A stretch of DNA of 33,666 bases. Origin: a virus. Both the position numbers and the translations under genes were made by a program. The stretch is from the UHGV virus genome UHGV-0338553. One strand, given 5' to 3'. Shown here piece by piece: positions 1-8,233 of the stretch. Every line of letters starts with the position of its first letter. Within the stretch, counting starts at the first letter, position 1. The notes beneath the pieces were generated by a model that was given only the letters and a program-made list of their open reading frames with translations, made no database searches and had not been told where the DNA came from.

Positions 1-540
1 ACGGGCGTTATGGCCTACGACAACACGTGGGAGAACGTTACACCCATCGACCGCAAGCAGTACACGGTCGATGCGGAGCAGATGAAGCTTATCGAGAACA
101 ACGTCTTCAACTACTTCGGAGTTAACGAGGAAATCCTACAGAACAAGTTCAACGAAGACGTGTGGAACGCCTTCTACGAATCGAAGGTTGAGCCGTTCCA
201 GCAGCAGCTTTCCCTCGTCCTCACCAACATGACCTATTCAGATCGCGAGCGTGCGCAGGGAAACGCCATCAGCTTCATGTCATCGGCCATCGACTACATG
301 AGCAACCAGACGAAGGCGACGCTGTGCCAGTCGATGACAGACCGCGGGGCGATGAACGCAGACGAGTTCCGCGCGAAGTTCGGCATGCCGCCTGTGCCTG
401 ACGGGATGGGTCAGCAGTTCGCCATTCGCGGCGAGTACATCTTGGCCGCGAACCTCGCGACGAACACGGTCGCCGCCGCGAAGGCTGCTGCCGAAGCGAA
501 CAAGAGCAACGAAAGCGAAGGTGCAGAAGATGCCGATTAG
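1..540 (+). CDS. Phage portal protein, C-terminal part (5' end lies at window end 32977..33666, same frame)
   Basis: Frame 1 is open from base 1 to the TAG at 538-540. The acidic C-terminal tail (…KSNESEGAEDAD) is typical of HK97-family portals. It is followed directly by a prohead protease gene, as in HK97-like head modules. The frame matches the open portal N-terminus that runs off the window end. Confidence 0.7.
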   Translation, partial: TGVMAYDNTWENVTPIDRKQYTVDAEQMKLIENNVFNYFGVNEEILQNKFNEDVWNAFYESKVEPFQQQLSLVLTNMTYSDRERAQGNAISFMSSAIDYMSNQTKATLCQSMTDRGAMNADEFRAKFGMPPVPDGMGQQFAIRGEYILAANLATNTVAAAKAAAEANKSNESEGAEDAD

Positions 541-1141
541 CCAAGACCGCGTGTACCGCATGTTCTCCGCCCCGCTCGCGACAGCGCCAGCGGCGGAGCA
601 TCGGAAGATATTCGACACGGACTACTACGTTGAGGGATACGCGACCACGTTCAACGACCCCTACGAACTGTGCTACGGCATCCGCGAGCAGATATCGCCG
701 GGCGTGCTTGACGGCGCAGACCTGACCGACGTGATCATGCAGTACGACCACGAAGGCATGGTGTTCGCGCGCAACCGCGCTGGGAACCTGCACATCGCAT
801 CCGATTCGCACGGCATCTTCATCGCCGCCGACCTCGGCAAGACCGCCGCCGCGCGCGAACTGTACGAAGCCATTGACGCGGGGCTTGTTGACCGCATGAG
901 TTGGGCTTTCACTGTCGCGGAAGAATCGTGGGACAACGAAAACGACCTGCGAACCATCATGCGCGTGAAGAAGGTCTACGACGTTTCGGCGGTTTCCATC
1001 CCCGCCAACGATGCCACGGCTATTTCGGCTCGTTCCTTTGCAAACGGAGTGATCGAAGGAAAGAAGAAGGCGCAGGAGCTGCGCCGCCGCCGTAAAGCAA
1101 TACAACTGAAAGCAATGATCGCAAAGGAGACAACGAAATGA
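530..1141 (+). CDS. Prohead (capsid maturation) serine protease, HK97/S78 family
   Basis: YVEGYATTFNDP…, MQYDHEG…, and a C-terminal …VYDVSAVSIPAND motif resemble HK97 gp4-like prohead proteases. A GAAGG site sits 8 nt upstream of the ATG at 530. A GTG at 521 is an alternative start. The stop overlaps the major capsid start (ATGA). Confidence 0.75.
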   Translation: MPISQDRVYRMFSAPLATAPAAEHRKIFDTDYYVEGYATTFNDPYELCYGIREQISPGVLDGADLTDVIMQYDHEGMVFARNRAGNLHIASDSHGIFIAADLGKTAAARELYEAIDAGLVDRMSWAFTVAEESWDNENDLRTIMRVKKVYDVSAVSIPANDATAISARSFANGVIEGKKKAQELRRRRKAIQLKAMIAKETTK

Positions 1142-2412
1142 ACTTCAGGGACGAACTTCGGGCGTTCTTCGCGGGCGTGCCGCTTGAGCAGCGAAACGCC
1201 GACGAACTGCGCGCCATGCTTTCCCGCATCGCCGACAACACCGACAGCGCCGACGAGGAAGCGCTGACGGAGTACGAGCAGCGCGCAAGCGAGATCACCG
1301 ACGAGATCAACAGCCGCGCCCAGGCCGCAGCTTCCGGCATCGAGCAGCGCCGCGCAGCCGTGCGCACGCTCATCGACGCTGGTTCCGCCGTGCAGATCGA
1401 CATTCCCGCCGCAAACGCCGAACCGCGCGCCTACGACGCGTCCAGCCCGGAGTACCGCGACGCATGGCTGCGCGAGATGGCGACCACGCACGACGGCGTG
1501 CGCCGCACCTACCTGTTCGGCGAGCCTACCGCAGAGCAGCGCGCCGCCTACACCATGACCACCGCCAACACCGGCGACGTCGTTCCGACCGACATCATGA
1601 ACGAGATCGTGGAGTTGATGGAAGCCGACGCGCCGCTGTACGCCGATTCGTACCGCACGTCGTTCGCCCATGTATGCGAGATCATCCAGCACATCGGAAT
1701 CGAGCAGGGCGACGCAGCGGAAACCGCCGAAGGCGCAGCGAACGATGACGAGCAAAACGCCTGGAACATCATCCAGCTGACGGGCGTTGAGATCAAGAAG
1801 CACGTCAACCTGACCCGCAAGATGGAGATTCAGAGCATCGACGCGTTCCGCTCGTGGCTCGTGCGCGAGATCGCCGACCGCATGAAGGTCGCCATCGAGA
1901 AGCACCTGTACAAGCGCCTTGACGAGGGAACGACGAAGGGCGCGAAGGCCGGTATCGTCGCGGCGAACATCCTCACCGGCACGCTGGACGATGCGGAAGT
2001 CCGCAAGGCGTTCGGACAGCTTGTCGGCGACGGCGACGTGACCGTGTACGCGAACAGCTACACCATCTGGAACGTCATCGCGGGAATCAAGGAGGATGAC
2101 GGCACGAAGGCGTTCATCCCCAATTCGATGACCGACCCGGTGACGAAAGGCCGCATCTACGGTTCGGAAGTGAAGAAGGATTCGACGCTTGCGAACAACG
2201 TCATCTACTTCGGGTATCCGAAGTCGTTGCAGGCGAACGACTTCGAGCAGATCAACGTCATGAACGACGTTGATGTGAAGAACCGCGTCCGCACCTATAG
2301 CGGCTATGCCCTTGTCGATGCCGGTTTGCGCAACCCTGCCGGATTCGTGAAGTACACCCACACCCCGGCGACCGCCGCCCCATCGACCGAATCCGGCCAG
2401 CAGGCGGGCTAA
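1138..2412 (+). CDS. Major capsid protein (HK97 fold) with N-terminal scaffold-like delta domain
   Basis: 424 aa. The N-terminal ~100 aa is coiled-coil and acidic, like a delta domain. The remainder resembles HK97-type major capsid proteins. AAAGGAGA lies 8 nt upstream. It sits immediately after the protease gene. Confidence 0.85.
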   Translation: MNFRDELRAFFAGVPLEQRNADELRAMLSRIADNTDSADEEALTEYEQRASEITDEINSRAQAAASGIEQRRAAVRTLIDAGSAVQIDIPAANAEPRAYDASSPEYRDAWLREMATTHDGVRRTYLFGEPTAEQRAAYTMTTANTGDVVPTDIMNEIVELMEADAPLYADSYRTSFAHVCEIIQHIGIEQGDAAETAEGAANDDEQNAWNIIQLTGVEIKKHVNLTRKMEIQSIDAFRSWLVREIADRMKVAIEKHLYKRLDEGTTKGAKAGIVAANILTGTLDDAEVRKAFGQLVGDGDVTVYANSYTIWNVIAGIKEDDGTKAFIPNSMTDPVTKGRIYGSEVKKDSTLANNVIYFGYPKSLQANDFEQINVMNDVDVKNRVRTYSGYALVDAGLRNPAGFVKYTHTPATAAPSTESGQQAG

Positions 2413-2417
2413 GGCAG

Positions 2418-2720
2418 ATGGAGAAGGACGGCTTGACAGACAAGGCGATGACCGCCCTGCGCATCACCGACGATGCCTTTTGCGACGAGGTTGACGGGCT
2501 GTGCAAAGCAGCCCGTCACGACCTGAAGCTGTCCGGCGTGATCGACGCGAAGGCCGATTCCTGCAATGACCCGCTGGTTGTCGAAGCGGTGCTTACGTAC
2601 TGCAAGGCGCGCTTCGGCCTGGACAACCCCGATTCCGAAAAGTATTGGGCATCGTATCTGGCTTGCGAGCGCGACATGCTCAACTCGCAGGAATACACCG
2701 TGGAGGTCGGTGAGGAATGA
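2418..2720 (+). CDS. Head-tail connector protein (gp6-like)
   Basis: 100 aa, acidic. Its position right after the major capsid gene and its size and composition are typical of Phage_connect_1 proteins. Confidence 0.55.
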   Translation: MEKDGLTDKAMTALRITDDAFCDEVDGLCKAARHDLKLSGVIDAKADSCNDPLVVEAVLTYCKARFGLDNPDSEKYWASYLACERDMLNSQEYTVEVGEE

Positions 2721-3031
2721 GCGGCTTTTCCGAAACGGCGGTGCTGGTGCATGTCACCTACGCTGAAGGCAAGAATGGGCGGCAGTTGCCCGAAAGCACG
2801 CGCAAGCGCGTGTTCGTGAACCCCTTCAGCGTGAGCGCCGCCAGCTTCAACGTGGCGGACGCGGAGGGCATGCGCCCGCGCCATCTGCTCCAGATGCGCG
2901 CATGCGACTACCACGGAGAGGAAACAATCGAGTATCGCGGCGAAGCCCTTGCGATCACCGACGTTTCGCGCGGCGGGCGCGGCGAGTTCGTGCGCCTTAC
3001 CTGCTCGCAGAAGGTGGCAGACGATGGCTAG
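2717..3031 (+). CDS. Head closure / head-tail adaptor protein
   Basis: 104 aa. Start overlaps the previous stop (ATGA). Position and size fit head-tail joining proteins. Confidence 0.5.
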   Translation: MSGFSETAVLVHVTYAEGKNGRQLPESTRKRVFVNPFSVSAASFNVADAEGMRPRHLLQMRACDYHGEETIEYRGEALAITDVSRGGRGEFVRLTCSQKVADDG

Positions 3032-3392
3032 GAAAACGAGCATCGACCGTCTTACCGCGACCATGACGGCGGTCGCCCGCGAATTCGTTGTGGAAAAGCA
3101 GCTGACGGCATCGACCGCCGTCAAGCGCATCGGACGCAAAGCAGCCGCCAACCTTCGCGCAAAATCGCCCGTCAAAAGTGGCGAATACGCGAAGGGATGG
3201 GGCATGCGGGAAAAGAAGTCGTTAGGCGTTGGAACGACGGTCGAGATCAAGAACACCGCGAAGCCGTCTTTGACGCACCTGCTCGAAAACGGCCACGAGT
3301 TGCGGCAAGGCGGCTTCGCCCCGGCCATACCGCACATCCGCCCCGCCTTCGAGCAGGCGGCTGACGAGTTGCGAAAGGAGTTGGGCGAATGA
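3024..3392 (+). CDS. Tail completion protein (HK97 gp10-like)
   Basis: ATG at 3024 with AAGGTGG 6 nt upstream. It overlaps the previous stop. The longer ORF from 2949 is rejected because it would overlap the upstream gene by 80 nt. Size of 122 aa and position fit the gp10 family. Confidence 0.5.
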   Translation: MARKTSIDRLTATMTAVAREFVVEKQLTASTAVKRIGRKAAANLRAKSPVKSGEYAKGWGMREKKSLGVGTTVEIKNTAKPSLTHLLENGHELRQGGFAPAIPHIRPAFEQAADELRKELGE

Positions 3393-3709
3393 GCGAAACG
3401 GCGGTGTTCCAGGCGCTGAAGTCAACCGGATACCCGGTGCATCTTCTCGGCGCGCACGACGATTCGAGCCTGCCGCGAATCTCCTATTCCTTCCCGTCCG
3501 CACCCGGCTTCTTCGCCGACAGCAGGACGTACAGGCCGATGGAGCGCTGCGAAGTGCGCCTGTACACCGACCAGTACCCAGACGAAGCCGCCGAATCCGC
3601 CGTTGAAACGGCGATAGGAAGGCTTGGCTTCGCCTACGCGAAGCACCGCGTGCCGATTCCAAGCGAACGAATGCACGAGACAACGTACACGTTCACAGAC
3701 CTTAGATGA
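3389..3709 (+). CDS. Tail terminator-like protein (hypothetical)
   Basis: 106 aa. ATGA overlap with the upstream gene. It sits between the gp10-like gene and the major tail gene, the usual place for a tail terminator. Confidence 0.45.
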   Translation: MSETAVFQALKSTGYPVHLLGAHDDSSLPRISYSFPSAPGFFADSRTYRPMERCEVRLYTDQYPDEAAESAVETAIGRLGFAYAKHRVPIPSERMHETTYTFTDLR

Positions 3710-3719
3710 AAGGAACGAG

Positions 3720-4310
3720 ATGGAAAAGAAAACAGGCGTGCGCTATGGCGTGCGCAACGTATACCTTGCGTGGTTTGACGAAGCAGAAGACAAGTTCGAA
3801 ACGCCCGTTGCCCTTCCGGGATGCCGGGCGCTGAAGACCAGCCCGGAAGGCGACACGAAGAAATGGTACGCCGATGACACGGTGTACTTCATCGGCCGCG
3901 CGAACAACGGCTATAGCGGCGAACTTGAACTTGCGAAGTTTGCGCTGAAGATCATGGCGGACGCGCAGGGCTGGACATACGACGAAGCGACCGGCGTGCT
4001 GTACGAAATCGGCGGCAACGTCGTTGTGAAGCCCTTCGCCCTGCTGTTCGAAGTCGAAGGCGACCTGACCAACACGCGCTTCTGCTACTACAACTGCACG
4101 CTTGACCGACCCGAACACGAATGGGGAACCACTGAAGACGAGGTGGAGCCGACAACCGAGAAGTGCGGCATTTCGATTGACCCGTACATGATCGGCGAAA
4201 CGCCCTACATCAAGGCGATGTGCGAGTTGAGCGCCACCAACGCGTCCACGTTCGACAACTGGTTCAAATCGGTGAACCTTCCCACTGCGACGAACAGCGT
4301 CGCGGGCTAA
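3720..4310 (+). CDS. Major tail protein
   Basis: ATG at 3720 with AGGAA upstream. 196 aa. Composition and length are typical of siphovirus major tail proteins (phi13 / TP901-1 type). It precedes the chaperone and tape measure genes. Confidence 0.65.
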   Translation: MEKKTGVRYGVRNVYLAWFDEAEDKFETPVALPGCRALKTSPEGDTKKWYADDTVYFIGRANNGYSGELELAKFALKIMADAQGWTYDEATGVLYEIGGNVVVKPFALLFEVEGDLTNTRFCYYNCTLDRPEHEWGTTEDEVEPTTEKCGISIDPYMIGETPYIKAMCELSATNASTFDNWFKSVNLPTATNSVAG

Positions 4311-4322
4311 GGGGGGAACGAC

Positions 4323-4655
4323 ATGCGCGAAGTAAACACCAGCAAGGACACGAAGCTGAACATCCACGCCACTTCGATGACGTGCCTGCTGTATGAACGC
4401 GAGTTCGACGGTGCCGATATCGTCACCGACATTTCATCGATGGGGGAAACGCCGAAATTCGGCATCATGCGCCGCGCCTTGTGGGCGATGGCGAAGACGG
4501 CGGCACCTTCCGTCATACCGCCCTATTCGGCGTGGATGAACGCGAACGCCGACCTCGACTACAAGGAAACAAGCTGGATGAAAGGCGTGATGGAGGAAGC
4601 GAACAGGGAGTTTTTTCGAAGCACCGCCGAAGCTTCCGAAGTCAAGGCAGGTTAG
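4323..4655 (+). CDS. Tail assembly chaperone (gpG-like)
   Basis: AAGGGGGGA RBS. 110 aa, acidic. It lies between the major tail and tape measure genes and contains a T6 run (4611-4616) near its 3' end. Confidence 0.55.
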   Translation: MREVNTSKDTKLNIHATSMTCLLYEREFDGADIVTDISSMGETPKFGIMRRALWAMAKTAAPSVIPPYSAWMNANADLDYKETSWMKGVMEEANREFFRSTAEASEVKAG

Positions 4656-4878
4656 CGAAGTCGGCGAAGCGGCGCGCAGGTATCCGTACCACTCGATGGC
4701 GTTAGGTGCGCTCGCCATGGGCTTCAGCTACGCCGACCTGTGGGAAATGCCCTTGAACGACTACCTGATCTTCTCCGCAATCACAGCAGAAGCGAATTCG
4801 GCGGCTTCGAGCGCGGGGAGAGGAAAACGCTACAGAGAAGCGACCCAAGCCGACATTGAGAGTTTGAAAAGGATGTAG
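4612..4878 (+). CDS. Putative frameshift extension of tail assembly chaperone (gpT-like, +1 frame)
   Basis: The +1 frame is open from 4591 to 4878 and overlaps the last 65 nt of the G-like ORF. The T6 slippery run sits at 4611-4616. A G/GT pair upstream of tape measure is conserved in long-tailed phages. Confidence 0.35.
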   Translation, partial: FFEAPPKLPKSRQVSEVGEAARRYPYHSMALGALAMGFSYADLWEMPLNDYLIFSAITAEANSAASSAGRGKRYREATQADIESLKRM

Positions 4879-4884
4879 AGCGAC

Positions 4885-7476
4885 GTGGCGACGAAGTACG
4901 AAGGCATAGTGATCGAACTGGGGGCTGATACGTCAGACCTTCAGTCGGCCATGCGCCAAGTCAATTCCGCCGCGTCGAAGACCCAAAAAGAACTGAACCA
5001 GATCAAGACCGCGCTGAAGTTCAATCCGGGGAACATGACGCTGCTTGCGCAGCAGACCGGCCAGCTGTCGAACAAGGTCGAGCAGACCAAAGACCGCCTG
5101 AAGGTTCTGCGCTCGCAGCTGCAAGCCATGTCCCAAGACCAAAGCAAGATCGGCACCGACGAATGGGACAAGCTTCAGCGCGAGATCATCCAGACCGAAA
5201 GCAAGCTTGAATCCTACGAAGCGCAGCTGAAGCAGGCGGAGAGGGCGCAGCAGTCGGCCAGCACGTCGCTCGGCCAGCTGTCCGCGAAGATGCAGGCGAA
5301 CGCCGACAGGTTCAGGGATATCGGCAGCAGCATACGCAACGTCGGCGTTGGCATGACCGCAGGCCTTACGGTTCCGCTCGTCGCCGCAGGCTCGCAGGCC
5401 GTCAGCACCGCCGCGACCTTCGATGATGCCATGTCGCAGGTTTCCGGCGCGCTCGGCGACGCGGGCGCGGACATGGACGGGTTGCGCACGCTCGCGCTTC
5501 AGCTGGGCGCTGACACGGTGTTCTCGGCAACCGAAGCCGGTCAGGCCATGGTCGAGTTGGCGAAGGGCGGTCTGACCGAAGCAGACATCAAGTCCGGCGC
5601 GCTCGAAGCGTCGATGAACCTCGCTGCGGCAGGCGGCCTTGAACTTGCCACCGCCGCGAACGCCACGGTTCAGTCGATGGGCGCGTTCGGGCTTGCGGCT
5701 GGCGATGCGAGCGTCATCGCGAACGCGCTCGCCGGGTCTGCAAACGCTTCGTCCGCCGACGTGGCAGACCTCACGCAGGCCATGTCCCAATGCTCGGCAC
5801 AGGCGAACCTCGTCGGGTGGGATATCCAGGACACAGCCGCCGTCCTCGGCATGTTCGCCGACGCGGGCATACAAGGCTCCGACGCTGGCACGAGCCTGAA
5901 GACCATGCTACAGCGCCTTGCAGCGCCGACCGACAAGGCGGCTGACGCGGTGGCGGAACTTGGCTTGCAGGTGCGCGACCAGGACGGCCACATGCGCAGC
6001 GCGAGCGAGATAGCCGCAGAACTGCAAACGAAACTCGGCGGCTTGTCCGACGCGCAGCGCGACGCTGCCATGCAGACCATCTTCGGCAGCGACGCGAGCC
6101 GCGCCGCCGCCGTCATGATGACGCAGGGCGCGGACGGGCTTGCGAAGTACACCGAAGCGACCCACGACGCGACCGCAGCCGAAACGATGGCGGCGGCGCA
6201 GAAGGGCGAACTGTCGTGGGCGATGGAGAACATGGAGGGCGCGATAGAGAGCGCGTCCATCGCGCTGGGAACCGCGCTCGCTCCCGCCATCCAGGCCGTC
6301 GCCGGATTCGTCGGCGACCTCGCGACGTGGTTCAGCGAACTAGACCCGTCCATGCAGACGGTCGTTGCCGTGGCGCTCGCGCTCGTCGCCGCGCTCGGCC
6401 CGATTCTGACCATCGTCGGGATGATCATCATGGCGCTTCCCGGACTGACGGCAGGCCTTTCGATGGTTGCAGGTGCGATCAGCCTTCCGCTCGCCCCTAT
6501 CGCCGCCGTCGTGGCTGCGGTCGGCGCGGTCATCGCGATCATCGTCTACCTTTGGAACACCAACAGCGAGTTCCAAGCCGCCGTCATGAACATCTGGACT
6601 GAAATCCAGAACCTGTTCGCGACGGTGATGCCGATCATTCAGCAGATATTCGAAGTGGTCTGGCCGACCATACAGGCAATCGTGACCGGCGTTCTCGACA
6701 CGATTCTTGCGGTTGTCGGAACCGTGTTCACGGCCATCGCCGACCAGATATCGACGATACTCGCGATGGTGACGGGCGTGATTCAGGGCGCGTGGGACGT
6801 GATATCGGGCATCTTCCAAACCGTTCTCGGCCTGATCGTCGGCATAGTCACCGGCGACTTCTCGATGATGCAGGACGGCATAAGCAGCATCCTGAACGGA
6901 ATCACGGGGATAGTAACGAGCGTTTGGAACGGCATCGCATCCACGATCACGAACGTGGTGAACACCATCGCAAGCGTCGTTTCCGACGTGTTCAACGGCG
7001 TGTCGAACACGGTCGGCAGCATCTTCGGCAGCATCGCCGACACGATAGGCAACGCAATAGGCGACGCTAAGAACGTCGTTTCTGACGGACTGAACGCGAT
7101 TGCCAACTTCTTCAGCGGGCTGCACCTCGAATTCCCGAAGTTCACGCTTCCGCATTTCACGGTTTCAGGCTCCTTCAGCCTTAACCCGCCGTCCATACCG
7201 ACGTTCGGCGTTGAATGGTACGCGAAGGGCGGCATCATCAACAAGCCCTCCGTGATCGGCGTTGGCGAAGCTGGCGCTGAAGCCGTCATGCCGCTGGCGA
7301 AGCTGCCCGAACTGATGGCCGAAGCGTTGCAGATGGTGCGCGGCGGCAGCGGCGGCGGCACCGTGATCGTGCAGAACATGACCGTTGGGAAGGAAAGCGA
7401 CATTCGCGGCGTAGCCCAAGAACTGTACCGGTTGGGGCAGCGCGCCGCGCGCGTGGAAGGCACGGTGTACGCATGA
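4885..7476 (+). CDS. Tail tape measure protein
   Basis: 863 aa, GTG start. N-terminal coiled coil, central Ala/Gly-rich region, C-terminal hydrophobic repeats (…IxxVxxxI…) typical of tape measure proteins. It follows the chaperone pair. Confidence 0.85.
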   Translation: MATKYEGIVIELGADTSDLQSAMRQVNSAASKTQKELNQIKTALKFNPGNMTLLAQQTGQLSNKVEQTKDRLKVLRSQLQAMSQDQSKIGTDEWDKLQREIIQTESKLESYEAQLKQAERAQQSASTSLGQLSAKMQANADRFRDIGSSIRNVGVGMTAGLTVPLVAAGSQAVSTAATFDDAMSQVSGALGDAGADMDGLRTLALQLGADTVFSATEAGQAMVELAKGGLTEADIKSGALEASMNLAAAGGLELATAANATVQSMGAFGLAAGDASVIANALAGSANASSADVADLTQAMSQCSAQANLVGWDIQDTAAVLGMFADAGIQGSDAGTSLKTMLQRLAAPTDKAADAVAELGLQVRDQDGHMRSASEIAAELQTKLGGLSDAQRDAAMQTIFGSDASRAAAVMMTQGADGLAKYTEATHDATAAETMAAAQKGELSWAMENMEGAIESASIALGTALAPAIQAVAGFVGDLATWFSELDPSMQTVVAVALALVAALGPILTIVGMIIMALPGLTAGLSMVAGAISLPLAPIAAVVAAVGAVIAIIVYLWNTNSEFQAAVMNIWTEIQNLFATVMPIIQQIFEVVWPTIQAIVTGVLDTILAVVGTVFTAIADQISTILAMVTGVIQGAWDVISGIFQTVLGLIVGIVTGDFSMMQDGISSILNGITGIVTSVWNGIASTITNVVNTIASVVSDVFNGVSNTVGSIFGSIADTIGNAIGDAKNVVSDGLNAIANFFSGLHLEFPKFTLPHFTVSGSFSLNPPSIPTFGVEWYAKGGIINKPSVIGVGEAGAEAVMPLAKLPELMAEALQMVRGGSGGGTVIVQNMTVGKESDIRGVAQELYRLGQRAARVEGTVYA

Positions 7477-8231
7477 TCTACAACGGCTTCGACTTCTCGC
7501 TGTACATGGTGGACGAGGATATCCGCGAATCCATCCTACCCGAAACGGTTGTTGACGCGCTGGACGTTCCGGGCGCGGACGGCCAGCTGTTCAATTCCGC
7601 GACGTTCGGAACGCGCGTGATCGAGATCGACGTGCGCGTCATCCGCGAGAACAGGCGCGCGCTCAACGAACTGCTGCCATTCCTGGCATCGAAGCTGCAC
7701 AGCAGAACGCCGACGAAGCTGTACACGCGCCTGCATCCGGGGGAATACTACATCGCCATGCTGACGGGGACGATAGACTTCGAAAAGTGGTTCGGAACGG
7801 GCGGCGCGACCGTCACGTTCGTCGCCTACGACCCCGTGCGCTACGTTGACGATGACCGCACCGTGGCGCTCGGCTACGCCGCGAAGGACGTGCAGATCAT
7901 GGGAACCTACCTCGCGCGGCCTATCGTCGCAATCGACATACCCGCAGCGTGCAGCTACGTCGCCGTCAGCGACATGACCACGGGGCTTGTCATGCGAAGC
8001 GAATACGCCTTCAAGGCTGGCAACCGCGTCGTGTTCGATTGCACCGTTGGAACCGACCGCATGAAGGTTCCGCTGCTCTACGCGACCGCAACGTCAACGA
8101 CCCCGACGAAGCTTCCCATCACGCCGCAATCGCGGTGGTTCGAGTTGGAGCCGGGAACGCACACCATGCGCATACTGAACGCGTCAAGCGCGGTATCGGC
8201 GACCATGACCTACGCCGAAAGAAGGCTGTAG
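7473..8231 (+). CDS. Distal tail protein (Dit, siphovirus tail component)
   Basis: 252 aa. ATGA overlap with tape measure. Position and size fit Dit / Sipho_tail family proteins. Confidence 0.6.
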   Translation: MIYNGFDFSLYMVDEDIRESILPETVVDALDVPGADGQLFNSATFGTRVIEIDVRVIRENRRALNELLPFLASKLHSRTPTKLYTRLHPGEYYIAMLTGTIDFEKWFGTGGATVTFVAYDPVRYVDDDRTVALGYAAKDVQIMGTYLARPIVAIDIPAACSYVAVSDMTTGLVMRSEYAFKAGNRVVFDCTVGTDRMKVPLLYATATSTTPTKLPITPQSRWFELEPGTHTMRILNASSAVSATMTYAERRL

Positions 8232-8233
8232 CC

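Noticed and set aside
976-2361. Long minus-strand ORFs antisense to the capsid, tape measure, fibre, DGR and terminase genes. Examples are 275..1105, 976..2361, 5670..6542, 6340..7155, 10840..11646, 11831..12676, 13314..14261, 22928..23707, 25387..26430 and 31210..31962.
   Set aside because: They are typical spurious open frames in high-GC DNA. Their composition is low-complexity and Arg/Ala/Gly-rich. They have no RBS, and they sit antisense to ORFs with clear phage-protein signatures and translational coupling.
7949-8233. 5' extension of the Tal ORF (track start 7949)
   Set aside because: It overlaps the Dit gene by 280 nt in another frame and its translation there is Arg/His-rich nonsense. 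The ATG at 8234, immediately after the Dit stop, is the likely start.
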